DNA of 64,000 bases, from the NCBI GenBank assembly GCA_003427395.1, contig BFEA01000038.1, positions 4,910,135 through 4,974,134 on the forward strand, read 5' to 3'. The notes beneath the pieces are model-generated. The model was not told where the DNA came from. It searched no databases and saw only the letters and a program-made list of their open reading frames with translations. The DNA comes from Chara braunii. Lineage: Eukaryota > Plantae > Charophyceae. Below are positions 22,103-35,590 of the stretch, one piece after another; the stretch's first letter is position 1, and the number at the start of each line of letters is the position of its first letter. Both the position numbers and the translations under genes were made by a program.

Positions 22103-22258
22103 CTCTATTTTTCATTCAATGACTAAAATGAAGGAGAACGTAATTTATGGCAGGTTACCTTGTCACAAACGAGTTCCCCAATTAATTTGAGTTGCACCAT
22201 GAAATTATTACAGTGAACGTACTATAGTTTATATCATGTTAGATGTTATCAATCTTTC

Positions 22259-23707
22259 TGTGATATGCGCCGAGGAGTGGTGTAATCCTCTTCAAAGGAT
22301 AACATCTCGACATCAAGCCCCGCTTTATATTCGAGGCTCACCACATTCCCTCCGGTTCCAATGTTGCGACCCCACCAATCGGCTACCTAATAGAGTAGAA
22401 CAACCCCACCTCCCATAGTCGAGGTGAGTGAGACCTTGACTACAAGGGTGAGATGACTCTGCTCGACGCGCGGTTGGGTCGCTACTCCTTCCCTTATGGC
22501 GAACAGTGGTCGCCTTTTCTATAAGCACCGTCTTGATATGATCACAATACCTTCCTCTCTTTCAATGATAGTGTAGTCTTACTTCCTCAAACCACTTAGG
22601 ATCCAGAAAACAACATCCCGCTCTGGACTAGGAGCACAGCTCCGGCGCGGGCCTCACTACCACCTACACAACTTACAGCTTTAGCGCAGAAGCACCATGA
22701 CATGATAAAAATCTCATATACATATATAACACAATACAGGTCTTATGGATAAAATATATATACACACATATTTCTATAATTATCACATCCATAAGACAAG
22801 CACATCATCCCAGCTAGGAGTCAGGTTGATCTAAATAAAATATCATGTATTCATGTACTTGTCTATGATGGCAAATACACCAACTAATAATAAAGAACTT
22901 TCACAACCATAGATCAAAATGTTTCTGAAATGGTCTCACCAAAAATATTTTTATGAGAGGTTGAAGAAAAATCATGATCCACACAAAATTACAAAATTCG
23001 GTAAAAACAATCGAATCAAAATTTAATCGACTTGTTTTTTTTCGGCTTTCGATCCCTTACACATACTTAGAGTATGTCCAACTCTACCACAATTCTTACA
23101 CACAATGTTCTTCCAATACTCTCTCCCCCTCTTCGCTCGCTGCCCTTGCCGACCTCCAAATTCTAACTTGGAAGAATTCTTTTCTTGAGCAGCTGGCGTT
23201 GAGAGATCATCAGAACAAACCTTCTTACTCTTCCTACTTAGATCATGTCGATCCATCATTAGTTGTTTGCTTCCTTGCCTTTCTCACTGATGCTTATGAC
23301 ATATGCTCTTCTGAATTTCTTTCATTATTCCTTTTACTTCTGAGAGCATAGGAATGAGGGTTAAATCCCTCTTCCTTTTATTATCCTGGCATTCCCCCTC
23401 AGACTGTAGCAAACGAAGTTGCAAACGACGGACTTGATCAAAGTTTCCATTCTTGAAATTTGAACAGATCCTTGCCCAATCTGACTTGCCGTTTACCCCA
23501 GGGATAAGTTTCTGCTGCTCTGCCTCAGAGAAATTTGTGAGGAAGGTAAGACATTTCTGTTTATCCGTTAAACTCTATATCCGAAGAGCGGTCCTTTCAT
23601 AGTCAAGAAGAAATTTCTCTTCTACTACGTACACATCTCGTTTGATATTCCTCAAACCCTCCAATGTAGCCAATTTATCCCCAAGCCAAAACTTCTTCAA
23701 CATGGCA
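22259..23707 (-). mobile_element. gag: Truncated gag-only LTR element: gag C-terminus, PPT and 288-bp 3' LTR
   Basis: LTR TGTGAT(22259)...ATCACA(22546); minus-strand polypurine tract gaaagagaggaagg (22550-22563); zinc knuckle CKNCGRVGHTLSMC in ORF 23023-23259. Confidence 0.65.
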
Positions 23708-26439
23708 TACAAAGTAAAGGAGGAGGAAATGCGAGGATCTGGGTCCTTGGCAGGTCTACAGGGCCCTGTATGCAGCATTGCCTGCCCTAAGTTAAGGCGG
23801 AGGTGCCCGCCCTAAGTGAAGGCGGGCCTAACAAATCACCTGAGGCCCTCGACTGTCAATTTCATATTTTGGGTCCAGGCATTTGCGATGCGCCGATTGG
23901 TTGAAAGAAACTCAAGCCCTGCTACACAGACATTTCCACGGCCTTCCGGGCCTTTCCAAGGAATGCAGGCCCTGGGCATGATTCGCAGCCTCACATAGAG
24001 ACAGTTGGGCGCCCAACTGAACGAGGCCCAGCAGCCTAGTAGCTGCTGCATCCAGGCAGCCTCCTGGGGCCTTCCGAAAGCTTCTGGGCCCAGGCCAGTC
24101 CAGCCAGGATGGGCGAGCAAGCCGGCTCTTTCCATAAAGGAAAGAGCTCTCCCCCTGACCGCCTCATTTAGGCACTCGCATGCTAGCGGCAGCGCTGCTG
24201 GAGCAAAGGCTCGAGGCTGCTGGCTGGCGCTGAAAGACGAGGTGCAGCGCGTGCGGTCGTGGAGGGAAGAAGGGCGCTGCTGAGGGCAACGCCATAACCC
24301 AGCGACCATAGCTGGTGGGCTTGGACTACAGTGAGACGCAGGGTGGTCTTCGGGTGAAACAGAGGACGGACGTGGGTGTAAAGTCAGGGGATAGGTGAAG
24401 GATGATGATTATGATGATGATGTGAGGGCACTTACCTTGTATTGGCGATGGTCTGCATGGGCGACATCTTCTAGTACTTCGGGATGCTGCTGATGTCAAC
24501 GGTTGCATTGTCAAGTAGGCTGTAGTAGCTGTGCTAGGAGTAGGCTGAGCGCCAAGTAGGAGTGTGAAGGGACTAGACTCTTGTGTTGAAGAGGAGAGAG
24601 TATGCTCTCCGTGACATTGGTTTTCAGTACTATAAACCTCCATTGGTGTATTATTTGTGCAATGGTGTTCTCTGGACACAGTGTGACTATCTGACTTTCA
24701 ATGTGATGGTGTAATCTGGAATTGTCATATCGCTGTTGCTTATTTTCCTTGCAGATGCAAGTATTCGCAGTTTGGAAAATAATACCTGCAGGAGGGATTT
24801 CCCGTACCGTTTTCAGAAAAATGAATTTCGAAAAAGAAGATATTCCGAATTTTCAAATAACGGGAAATGCAATAGGAAATCGATTTTTTAAAAAAAAAAA
24901 GAATATTTCGTATTTTCAACAACGAAATTTTAAATTTTAAGAGGAGAAACGAAAATAAGAATTTTAGATATTGCGCTATTACGATTTTCTACAACAGAAA
25001 TAGCGAGAAAACAAAATCCAAGGAAAGAAAAAAATTCCGATTTTCGATAGTAAGGTCAAAATCGTGATTTTGGGTGCTAACTAGTGTGCTCTAATCAATC
25101 AATAAAGACTTATTAGCTACCTAGTCCCCGCACACGTGTCAGATCAGGTTGTCCTGATTCATGTGTGGCGTTCCTATACCAACTGTTACATGCCCAGTTG
25201 GGCGATGTACATAGAAACCGAGGATCCGCAATGTGATAAAAAAGACTGAATGGACCATGAAGTGCAAGTAGAATCTCAACGAGCAATGTGCATTTTAATG
25301 CATTCAAAATGGTGTTGAATAGCGTAGGGAAGACTAAGATACAAATCTTGACTTGACCGGGACTGACCTCATTCACGTAGTACAAGATAGCGAAGCAGAA
25401 TGCTAGAATATTCATGACTAGCCCAATCAATGTTTCATCGTAGACCAAACATACATCATGCTCATCACACGGTGTGAAGGAGCCTGGCGCTGTACACAGN
25501 AAGGAAGCGCCAGNTCCAGACATACACANACGAAGAGGAGGGGATCAGANGNAGAGGAGAGGGAGAGATNGGAATGCCNTCAAACANCAAGTCCTTGTCA
25601 CAAGNCCCAAATAATCCCTTGTTGCAATGTCTAAAGCCCAAAAGTTAAGTCTGGATTCAATGTCGCCAAACTCTCTCTCTCTTCTCTCGTAGTCTGTTGA
25701 TGCAGTGAAGTCAGATGATGAGAGGGTGAGAGGGAGATGGTGGACTAACAAGAGGAAGAAGAAGAACTCTCTCTCTCTGTTACGAGCTAGGTACTAGCCT
25801 GTGAGGTTGGCGCTCTGCTGCAGGTACCTCGAAGACGAAGCTAGAGCAATGGCGCTGCAGGTAAGTACCTCTGGCCTCCTCCCAATCTCTCCCTCTCTCT
25901 AGGGTTATCCTAGCTATGGCGCCCAGCGCTGAAGACTACAGCTACCTACTACGCCCAACGCTGAAGACTACGGCTAACACTACTACTACTCTTGTAGCGC
26001 TCCCTTTAAAGTGTTGTTGCGAAAACCTTAAAACTACTGCCTCCTGCCTTCCCGTGAAGTGCATGGGAAGTCCTTATGTACTTCCTCGGCCTGCCTCCTG
26101 ACTGCCTGAAGGATGAGCCAGGCCGAGGAGGCTGCTCTTGCCAATGTCGAAGTGTGCCAGGGGCTGGCGCTGCAGCATCTGCTGAGGCTGGCATGGGAAC
26201 AGGCTAAGAAAAACCCTGGTTCGGTGCCTGAGTTTCAAGGCCGGTCGTTGTGATGAACGACCGAAAATGGCCCTTCGTTTCAGGCTAAAAAGACTCTTGC
26301 CATTTTTAGTCTGAAATGACACAGGGATTGTAGGCCCCTGTTTTCAGGCTTTCGGACTGAACAGTCACGGGGCCTGTAGGCCCTGGTTTTCAGGCTTTTA
26401 GCCTGAATTTCAGGCTTTCATCCTGAAGGAAGCAGGGCC

Positions 26440-27130
26440 TGGAAAATTACCCTCGTATGCATGCGCGGCATGTAACAAAGGCCACTCCGGAATGTGGTGT
26501 GTGCCCGGACTTGGATGGACGACATCCAGCACTTGGTGCTGCATTGTGACCTCTACAGACCTTTTTGGGATTGGTGGAGACAGTCGGATGCTCCGCTCCC
26601 TGCTCCGGATTCCCGCTGTGAGGATGACTTCATCCTCCTAGGAACGGCTGCCAGGAGAATGACTCCACAGACACAATTTGCTCATGCGGAAGAGACTATC
26701 AGAGGATCCATTTTGTGGACTCTTTGGAACCTCAGAAACGCATGGTTGAGAAAGAATGAGCATTTAACTCCGCCGATGGTTAGAGCTGAAATCAAATATG
26801 CAATCAAACAAGCTATATCGGCAGACTGGGAGTATCGGGTTCAGAATTTTTTTTTTTGGCCAAGTCTGTCATTTTGTCAAATGGTTTGGAAACAGATGGG
26901 GTAACTTCTCGGGCTTGGTTACTGCGGACACGGCTCAGGATTGTACACTCGTGATGCAATTTTCAAATTTATTTGTTTAGCTTTCTTGTTGAAGCTTGGA
27001 TGATTGATCGGTAGCTAGACTCAAGAATTTGTTGGATTGTATTTCGACTGTGGTCGGGATGGGATTGGCTGGGAGTGCCTTACCCAGCCTATAAGGCCAC
27101 AGTACAGATGTAAGGGACGCCGGACCCGAG
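26440..27130 (+). mobile_element. 3' fragment of a LINE (zf-RVT-like C-terminus and 3' UTR)
   Basis: CAAC...DDIQHLVLHCDLYRPFWDWW...ILWTLWNLRNAW. Confidence 0.7.
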
Positions 27131-30100
27131 TTTTTTTTTTTTTTTTTTTTTTTTTAATATTAACTATCCAATCATCATATTCCAAAAAGCATGTCGAGGC
27201 CGGGCACCTCATAATTCAACCCGGTATTATCCCGACAGCATCAGCCGATTTAGCTTAGGGTGCTTAACCTTGCTAACTGTAACACTGCTTCTTAAGAATT
27301 GCAACTTCTAGCAATCTGAATGTCCTGATCTCAATGATGTTTAGTCCAGAATCAATGTTTCCAAAACGGTCAATGTAAGAACTACTTGTGTGAGCTAAAA
27401 TCTATTGCTAGTCTACCTTACAGCCCTAGCCTACTAAGTAGTCGGTCCACCGCGACTGTAAGTATCGAGGCACTCTCCACCTGAACTAACTCGACACCCC
27501 CTCCTAGGCTTTAAACAGCCTCCGGCCCTATCTAATTAGGCAGGTTGGAACTTGTTGTTCCAAGTAGTCAAGTCCCCCTCCCTATGCGGTCTACTGCGGC
27601 CGCCCACTGGAACCGAGTGCCCTAGTTCACAAGCTTCCCCATCTAACTATTACCAATCCATTGGCACAGTACCAACTTCCCCTCCGGGGAGATATGTGAT
27701 AAGCTGTTCCCCTGACACCAGGTTTCCCTAAACCAGGCTAAGCCTCTTACTTGGTCGCACTACCTCACCCTGCGTGCCCAGTCCGCTTTGATTGAGGTGT
27801 CGAGCATTGCTTTAAACGTGGCTTCAGCCTGAATCTCGTTCAAACTCACACCTTGAAACCGAAACGCTGTTCCTGTCAGACCAGATCAGTCACATCATAA
27901 TAGCCCGACCCACCTGAGCTATATACCCCCATCCTTCCGTAGTACTAGTGTCAACAGGGACAGCCCCCAGAAGAACCCATCTTTGTCCAGACAGACCCTC
28001 TTGTCCTTTGAAGCGTTTCCAGTGCATTTCCCACCACCTCCACCACTTCCTGGATCTTGGGGAGTCCCACCACAAGTGGCTCCATGTCTCCTCCCCTCCT
28101 TTGCATCTGTCACAGCGCTTGTTGACCGCCATTCCCCTCTCTGCTAACCAAGTAGCCGCTGGTACTTCTAAGCGGGATTCAAGCCACAACAAGGAAGCCA
28201 GTTTTTAAGACGGGATTGCTTGTAGCTGAGCCCAGAGCTTGGTTAGTTCCTGTTCTAACAGCGGGCTTACCTCAATAGACTTCTTGACACATCGCTCGCC
28301 AATATTCCTGTGCGCAGGAGCGGAATGGAGCTTTTTTTGACTGATGACCTTCGGATTGAGACTATCCAAGCCTGATACCTTCTCATCTCTCTGTTGCCAG
28401 TCCCAAGCTGTTGGGTCAATTCTCAAACACCTTAACGGTGTTCCATTTGCGACCAATTGGGGTATCGCAGGTAGGCCCTCCTTAGGAGGGGGCCTTATTC
28501 TCACCCTTACCTATGTGAGCCTTCTCATACCATACTGAAAGTGCATGCCTTCTCGACTAAGAGTAGGTTGACCGGGTGGGTTTTGTCTGTAAGTTTCCAG
28601 CCAACATCGGTCTCAAAACTCCTCAGACCAACTTTCCAGTCTGCAATACCACCCGCGCTCTTCCGACTCCCGGTGAAAACAAGTCCCTGGGGTCAATGCC
28701 CCCTAGGCCAAGGATATTAATCCACTCTGTCGGAATGGCAGCCCTCAAGCTGTCCACTCGCTCCTCTTGCAGAGGCTGTTGGCCCAGCACCTCCTTTATG
28801 TCTAACTTTTGTTCCCTCCGATTTGTACTATCGTCCCACAGATCCCCCACTGTCGATATGCCTCTTCGTAGCCAACTCGGACCGAACTTCCCTCGTCTTT
28901 TCTCCAACGAGAAGGGTTGACCCTCTCCATTCACAATCCACTCATTATCAAAGAGGTGTTGACGTCTCACCTCAATCTCATACCTTGGTGGCAACCGAAG
29001 CGAAGGTTGAGCCTTCCTTCACGCTCCCAACACCTCAAGCCAGAACTTCGAGGATAAGCGCTTGCGTGTGAAAGACTCTGACACAAAGGCTACCCAAACA
29101 TCCGAGGGCCTCGCGAGATTCCATTCTTACACCAAGAAGCACTCCGCCAGCAGCACCTAATCTGATCCCTGATCCGCCTCCACCACTTTTACCACCCACT
29201 TGGCCAGCAGGTAAGTGTTCTGTGCGGCCGGGTCCAGCAGAGAGAGGCCCCCTTCCATCCTTGAAGAGCAGATCCTATCCTATGCCACTTTGCAAATAAA
29301 GCCCTCCTCGTCTGTGCTGTCAGGTTTTCAAATAAACTTCTTGGCCACTTCCTTGATTGATTTAAGAACCGGTGGGGACAATCTCGTGACGGTAGCCACA
29401 TACCACAACAGGTAGAAGGCCGAGACCGTAACAACCAGCGCTAGACCTGTGAGGTATAAATGGAACGCGTTGCCCCAGCCGCGGACACACTTTTCACCTT
29501 CGTGGCCAGAATCAGTTCTTGCAAAGAAGAGCAGTCACCTAGCGCCATATGTACCCCAAGAAATCGTTCAGCAGTGTCAGCCGGAACCCTCTTCATTCCC
29601 CACGACAACTGAAACTGTTTTGGGAGAAAGAAGGTCGACTTGTTCCAGTTGACTGCAGCCTCGGAGAACTCGGCGAAGTCAGTAAGGCATTGCTTGAGAG
29701 CCTCTAAAGAGGGCGTCGTGTTGACCGATATTGCAAGGAGATCGTCGGCCAGCTCTTTAACTCTGCTCTCCCGGCCATTTAACATGCTGAGACCCACAAA
29801 GTTTGGATGACACCTAATGTTACATAGCAGAGACTCCAGATGCAGAACAAAAAGGAGCGGGGCTAGGGGGCAGCCATGTCGCAGTGACCTTGACAACTTA
29901 AACTCCTTGGAGATTACCCCATTAACGCATACCGCTGCCAATAAAAACTCATATAACGCTTTTACCCATTTACAGAAGGGGTCACCGAACCCTGCAACTC
30001 TCAGGGTCGTCAGGACAAAAGTCCTGTTTACCCTGTCATAGGCTTTCTCTAGGTCCAATAGTAAAGCGGCCATATCGGAGTCCTACCTGTCAATAAGCTC

Positions 30101-33100
30101 CAGTGCTTCAATAACAGTCACCACGTTCTCAAAAGTTGATCTACCCAAGACGAACGCCCCTTGATCCCTCTGAACTAGGCAAGGATGCAGTCTGCTGAGT
30201 CCGGTAGCAAGAGTTCTGCCCAACAACTTCTAGACCACGTTCGGTAGCGACATCGGACGCCAGTTCGGAATCTCGCTGCGATCACCTTTCTTGAACAGCA
30301 GCGAGATAACGCCTCTAGTCATTGATTTGCTTAGTTTGGCTCCCACCAAGATTTCATTAAACATGTCTGTCAGGTCCTTCGCCAAAAATTCCCAACAGAC
30401 TGCGTAAAATTCCACTGGGAGGCCGTCATCACCTGACGCTTTCTCCCGAGCCATCCTTTTGAATGTCTAGAGAAACTCATCTTCTGAAATCTGTCTATAC
30501 ATCGCCTGTCCGCCTTCGTCCCACAACGTTGTGAGCTGGAACGTATCGTCGTCCAAATCATCAAATGGTCTCCTTGTTGACATTATGTCTTCGTAGTAGT
30601 CCACCGCATACCTGCACATTTCTTCGTTGGAGGTTGCCATTATTCTTAGGCAACAGTCGTTGAAAGCTCTGCTTCGTGGTTCTGTCCGATGAGACAGTAC
30701 CCTTAAGGGCCTTAACCTTCAATATTTGCTGCCAACTTTCCTGTTTCTTGATTTGAAACTGGTCCCACTCCTTGAGCCTGTCTGTCCTCTCTTCAGACCA
30801 GACGTGCACGATACACAATCATACCGTCAGCCTCCTGCACTGTATCGCCTAACACCCGCTCCTCTTTATTTCTCTCGAACGTAGCAATCTGGGAGAAGAC
30901 ATCTATGTTCGAGGAAATGATACGAATACCAGCATCCATCCAGTCGGCTAGCTGGTCGAGCTCCAGTCTTGCAGCCCTCCAGCTTTGCCAAAAAAACTCC
31001 ACCCAGTTAACCATACCATCCTCCGAAAGCAAAGCCGTGTTCAACCGGAAGTATCCAGGCCCACGCTCTTTCACCGACGCCAATGCACAATCAAGAATGA
31101 CAGGTTTGTGGTCCGACATGGACTCAATCTCCATGACCACATTCTAAACATCGCTGGTCGAGGCTGCAGATACCAGAAACAGATCTATTCACCTTTGGAT
31201 TCCTGCCAACAGGGCAAACTGTCCGATCCATGTGAAATCCCGCGCTGTTGGGTGCAAGTCCCTGTACACATCCCTCAAATCCCAGGCGGCCATGCATCTC
31301 AGCAGCGCCATTCTATCCCATGTTAGCCGTTGGTCTAACTCTGAATCTAACCTCGGGGATATCACTGTGTTCGCGTCACCTGCAACTATCAAACTGCAGT
31401 GGTTGGGTAAGACCTACGGGAGCATCTCAAAAAACGATTCCCTTTCCTTAACGCCATTCGCCGCATAAACTGTAGCAAAAGCCCATACCTCCTTCCCGAT
31501 TTTTATCTTTACCCAACACCATCTACCCTAGGCATCGCTATTGAAATCAATCAGACTTGCCTCTAGCCTGCTGTGTATTAGGATCGCCACCCCACCTTTC
31601 GTCCCTCTCACGGGGGACCAAATTTTGGGACCGTCCCACCAATCCTTAAGTTGGGCTAACTTGCATTCTGACAATTTGGTCTCCTGGACAAAAAGCACAT
31701 CCACCCGCTCCCTATGCACCCATGTTTTAATCCTCTTGTATTTCGCCTTACCACCTGGCTCCCCCATCCCCCGCACATTCCAAGTCGCTAGTCTGATTCT
31801 ACCTATTACGGGAATTGATCAGGTATGCGGCTTGGATACCTGCGGGTTGAGGGTTCAATCCTCTAACCTCATCGCCCTCCGTCCCTAGCTCCTGCTCCTG
31901 CCACCTTCCCACTAGACACTGGTTGAATGCATTGGATAACAGATTGACTGCACGAGGCATGTTCGTATTGAGATCCGCCAAGCAAGCAGCGGAAACACCT
32001 TGCTCAATTGTAACCTGGGATAGGATATCAATGGACGGAAAAGTCTGAACCCCACTTTTCCACTTATTCACATGGCTTCAGATCGGGACGTAGTGCTCAC
32101 ACGACTCTTAATGTTATAATGGGTACCTTTTATGGTGCGCAATGATATATTGAAGGATATCTGGAGGCCGAAGAACCTGGAGCCGTAAATCATGGAACTC
32201 TGTATAAGATCATCCGGCGAACAATCCGAGATAAACGGATTCTCAAACTTATCCGCTCTGGACTACAAGCTTTTTTTCATATGCGACACGGAGAGATTGA
32301 AGAGGCGACCATAGGCGCCGCCAGGCGGCGGCCCTTCGGCCTTAGTCCCCTACTATCAAATATATACCTTAATGAACTCGACCACTTTATAGAAACAACT
32401 ATCCGTGAATATAACAAGGCTCGAAGAGCAGACGCTTCGCGTCTGAATCCCACGCATTGGAACCGAAGGATGCATTACATCCGCTTCGCAGATGATTTTC
32501 TAATAGCAATCTATGCATTCAGCGGGAAGGAACCCAAACCAACTTGGTGAAGACCCACCCAGGCTTCAACAGACAATCTAGCATCAATAAAAACCACCGT
32601 GAAACAAATGGACTTCTCTGGAGCAACTTCAACCCGCAACTTTGGCATGAAGAACTCCGGGAATGTACGAAACTTAAACCTGTCATTGAATAGGTAACGA
32701 GCTGTTTCTTGGATGAGCGCTGGCATCGGGGGTACCTCCAGTCCAACTGTTGGTAGGACAAGGTTTTCATCCCTATTTAACAGCCCGATAACGAACAGTT
32801 CTTGATCCTGTGCCGTACACACCATTGGTAGAAGCAATTTCTCTTCAAACGATCTCCTGTCTTGCGAGCTGGAAACGATTCCTCCCAGGATGGCGCGAGG
32901 CGACTCTTCGATTACGTCCCTACGAAGCTCTGCGGAAGCGTGAGTGCCTTGTGAGCCCCCCTCATCTTTTGAGCCCCCAGCTTCATCCTCTGAAGGCAGC
33001 GCCCCATGTCCACTGTCCTTGCAGATCTGGACGAGGGCGTAAGAGATCCGATACTGTACCTCTGCTCCCTCCTGGCCGCCCTTCCTGACCTGGATCACTC

Positions 33101-34671
33101 TGTGGCCAAAATACTCTGTAGTTGAGGCCTAGCCCTCTCCCAAACTGATTACGAAGCGGGAGTCTCGACGAGGATGAAGGCCTGACCAAACTTCCGTGAT
33201 GTTGGTTGATGACGGGTTGCACTCCCGACCGTGGGACGTATGGTTGGAAACCCCGAGACGGCCCACTCAATGGCATGAGGGGGTGGGTAGAACCAGAGCC
33301 TTGGTTTTGGCGACCTTTGCCCCTTGTGTCACCATGTTGATGGGCGCGCGAGCGGACAACTCCGCTGCCACTACCGGTTGCTTGGCCGTCGGACCCGCGT
33401 GCGTAACCTGCTTAAGACCCTTCAGCTTGGGATCTTGCGTACCTATCTCTCGAAATTGGAGTAGCCATTCCCCTCGTGTCCTCCCTCGCTGCCTTCTTGA
33501 TGTGCCGGTTTACTGGTTGTCGACGAAATCGCCCTTCCCCTTGAGTTGTCGTTTCCTCCTTCTCGCCTTCTCGTGGACAACCATCTAATAAAGTGTGAAA
33601 CCACCAATGGCATCTATCGCAATACGGGGTGTGCTTACATACGAACTTCAGCCGGAAAACCTCCTCCCCCAATCGCATCGAAAGTTCCGGTTCAAACTTA
33701 TCTTCATCTTCTTTCTCCAACTCAAACTTCAGATTCATTAGCTTGGGTCTTGTACGATCTTGCTCCGGCGGAAGGCTCTTGATTACTCGGCCCATGGAAG
33801 TTTCCACCATGTTTTCCATGTGGAACATGACGCAAAGTGGTACACGAATTGCCATCACCCAGAACTTGGATTCATCTTCTAGGCGTCTTCTTTCCTCCAA
33901 CTCCGACTTCGTCATCCATGGCTTGAAGTGCATGGCGTACTCGACTCCACGAATAGAGATGGTGTCCTCAGCTTTCGCCACCAGCCACTGCGCCACCTCT
34001 CTAGATCTAGCAACATATGAGATGACATTTGGACCCTCAGCGTGTACTCTCCCACGACCAGTATTTCGTTCAAACGTTTGTTGTCGGTACCACCCATTCT
34101 TGTACGCCCTAATCAAATCTTCCCTCACTCGCATCGAGAGGTCTCTCGCAGCTCCTTGGAAAATAATTGTAACTGTATGTTCTTTTAACCAGGTGCTCGT
34201 GAGTTCATCCAGGCTGGGGTTCACTACAAAGGTTCGGACTCCTCCCGCTACTGCCCATTCTCCATGACGAAGTTTTTCAGGGAGCACCCCATCATCATAA
34301 CACTTTGAAATTAGTAGGCGTAGTCTGTCCTCGTCGGACACTGGCACATCTCCCGGTACCTGAGGAGTATGACCTCTCCCATCTTGCTGCCCCGCCAATC
34401 TTCCTTGTGACGCCATCCGTTTTAACTCCACTCCTCCTCTCTGTCGCGTTGACTCCCCCTACTCGTCAGTGGTGGGCAGCCGAATTCGCTGCACACCCTC
34501 TGAAATTTCCTCCTAGTATGCTGAGCTTTGCACTTAGTCCGCATGTACACATCTTTCACAACACTTTCGTGAGAAAAAGACAAGAAGGGACAACCCGAAG
34601 GTCTTCCTCCACCGGAGCTGGCTCGGAAATTACCGAGCACGAAGACTCTCCAACACCTCGGTCATCGTGTC
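27131..34671 (-). mobile_element. L1/Tx1-like LINE, copy 1, decayed
   Basis: Poly(A) tail at 27131-27155. ORF2 ~31806-27643 has APE (ATWNVRG, VQETK, GDAN, SDHKPV), RT (NWRP, LDLEKAYDRV, HGCPLAPLLF, LADD) and zf-RVT (CDRC...ETWSHLWW). ORF1 runs from >=34431 to 31799 with CDRCHWWFH....C. Confidence 0.93.
32046..32512 (+). pseudogene. Group II intron reverse transcriptase/maturase fragment, probably organelle-derived
   Basis: EPHFSTYSHGFRSGRSAH...YIEG...IRDKRILKLI...LSPLLSNIYLNELDHFI...YIRFADDFLI; absent from LINE copy 2, which reads aaagtc|aatgcattc at ~61778. Confidence 0.9.
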
Positions 34672-35590
34672 NNNNNNNNNNNNNNNNNNNNNNNNNNNNN
34701 NNNNNNNNNNNNNNNNNNNNNNNNNNNNNNNNNNNNNNNNNNNNNNNNNNNNNNNNNNNNNNNNNNNNNNNNNNNNNNNNNNNNNNNNNNNNNNNNNNNN
34801 NNNNNNNNNNNNNNNNNNNNNNNNNNNNNNNNNNNNNNNNNNNNNNNNNNNNNNNNNNNNNNNNNNNNNNNNNNNNNNNNNNNNNNNNNNNNNNNNNNNN
34901 NNNNNNNNNNNNNNNNNNNNNNNNNNNNNNNNNNNNNNNNNNNNNNNNNNNNNNNNNNNNNNNNNNNNNNNNNNNNNNNNNNNNNNNNNNNNNNNNNNNN
35001 NNNNNNNNNNNNNNNNNNNNNNNNNNNNNNNNNNNNNNNNNNNNNNNNNNNNNNNNNNNNNNNNNNNNNNNNNNNNNNNNNNNNNNNNNNNNNNNNNNNN
35101 NNNNNNNNNNNNNNNNNNNNNNNNNNNNNNNNNNNNNNNNNNNNNNNNNNNNNNNNNNNNNNNNNNNNNNNNNNNNNNNNNNNNNNNNNNNNNNNNNNNN
35201 NNNNNNNNNNNNNNNNNNNNNNNNNNNNNNNNNNNNNNNNNNNNNNNNNNNNNNNNNNNNNNNNNNNNNNNNNNNNNNNNNNNNNNNNNNNNNNNNNNNN
35301 NNNNNNNNNNNNNNNNNNNNNNNNNNNNNNNNNNNNNNNNNNNNNNNNNNNNNNNNNNNNNNNNNNNNNNNNNNNNNNNNNNNNNNNNNNNNNNNNNNNN
35401 NNNNNNNNNNNNNNNNNAAAAAGGGAAGGGGAAAAAAAAAAAACGACAGCTGCAAGAGATGAGAAAAAGGGAAGGGGGACACAATACGACGAACAACCGC
35501 GGAAAACAAAAAAAAAAAAGCCGCCTGCATATAGGATGGCTCGCCTCCAAGATGTTCGTCTGCATCAACGCCAGCCGTGTGCCGTGCCCC

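Larger units (their letters stand above)
18686..22150 (+). pseudogene. Decayed low-complexity hypothetical gene, interrupted by the 19231-21205 insertion
   Basis: ORF 18686-19081 continues through stops to 19230. Ser/Pro-rich coding-like sequence resumes after the duplicated AAACG at 21206. Confidence 0.4.
23708..34671. repeat. Composite duplicated unit, copy 1 (runs into a gap)
   Basis: Colinear with 53376-64000 from tacaaagtaaaggaggag onward; roughly 90% identity by eye. Confidence 0.95.

Noticed and set aside
23730-26400. Host genes in the shared non-LINE region
   Set aside because: Only short ORFs with no recognisable domain, and they are broken differently in the two copies.
26440-27130. 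Twin-priming inversion of the adjacent LINE
   Set aside because: The sequence differs from that LINE's own zf-RVT and lies 3' of its poly(A), so it belongs to a different family.
32046-32512. Functional group II intron, retron or DGR
   Set aside because: Only an internal RT fragment, with a stop and a frameshift; no GUGYG 5' end, domain V or accessory genes.
33629-34267. 212-aa plus-strand ORF conserved in both LINE copies (also 62889-63527)
   Set aside because: Antisense shadow of LINE ORF1; its conservation follows from the duplication.
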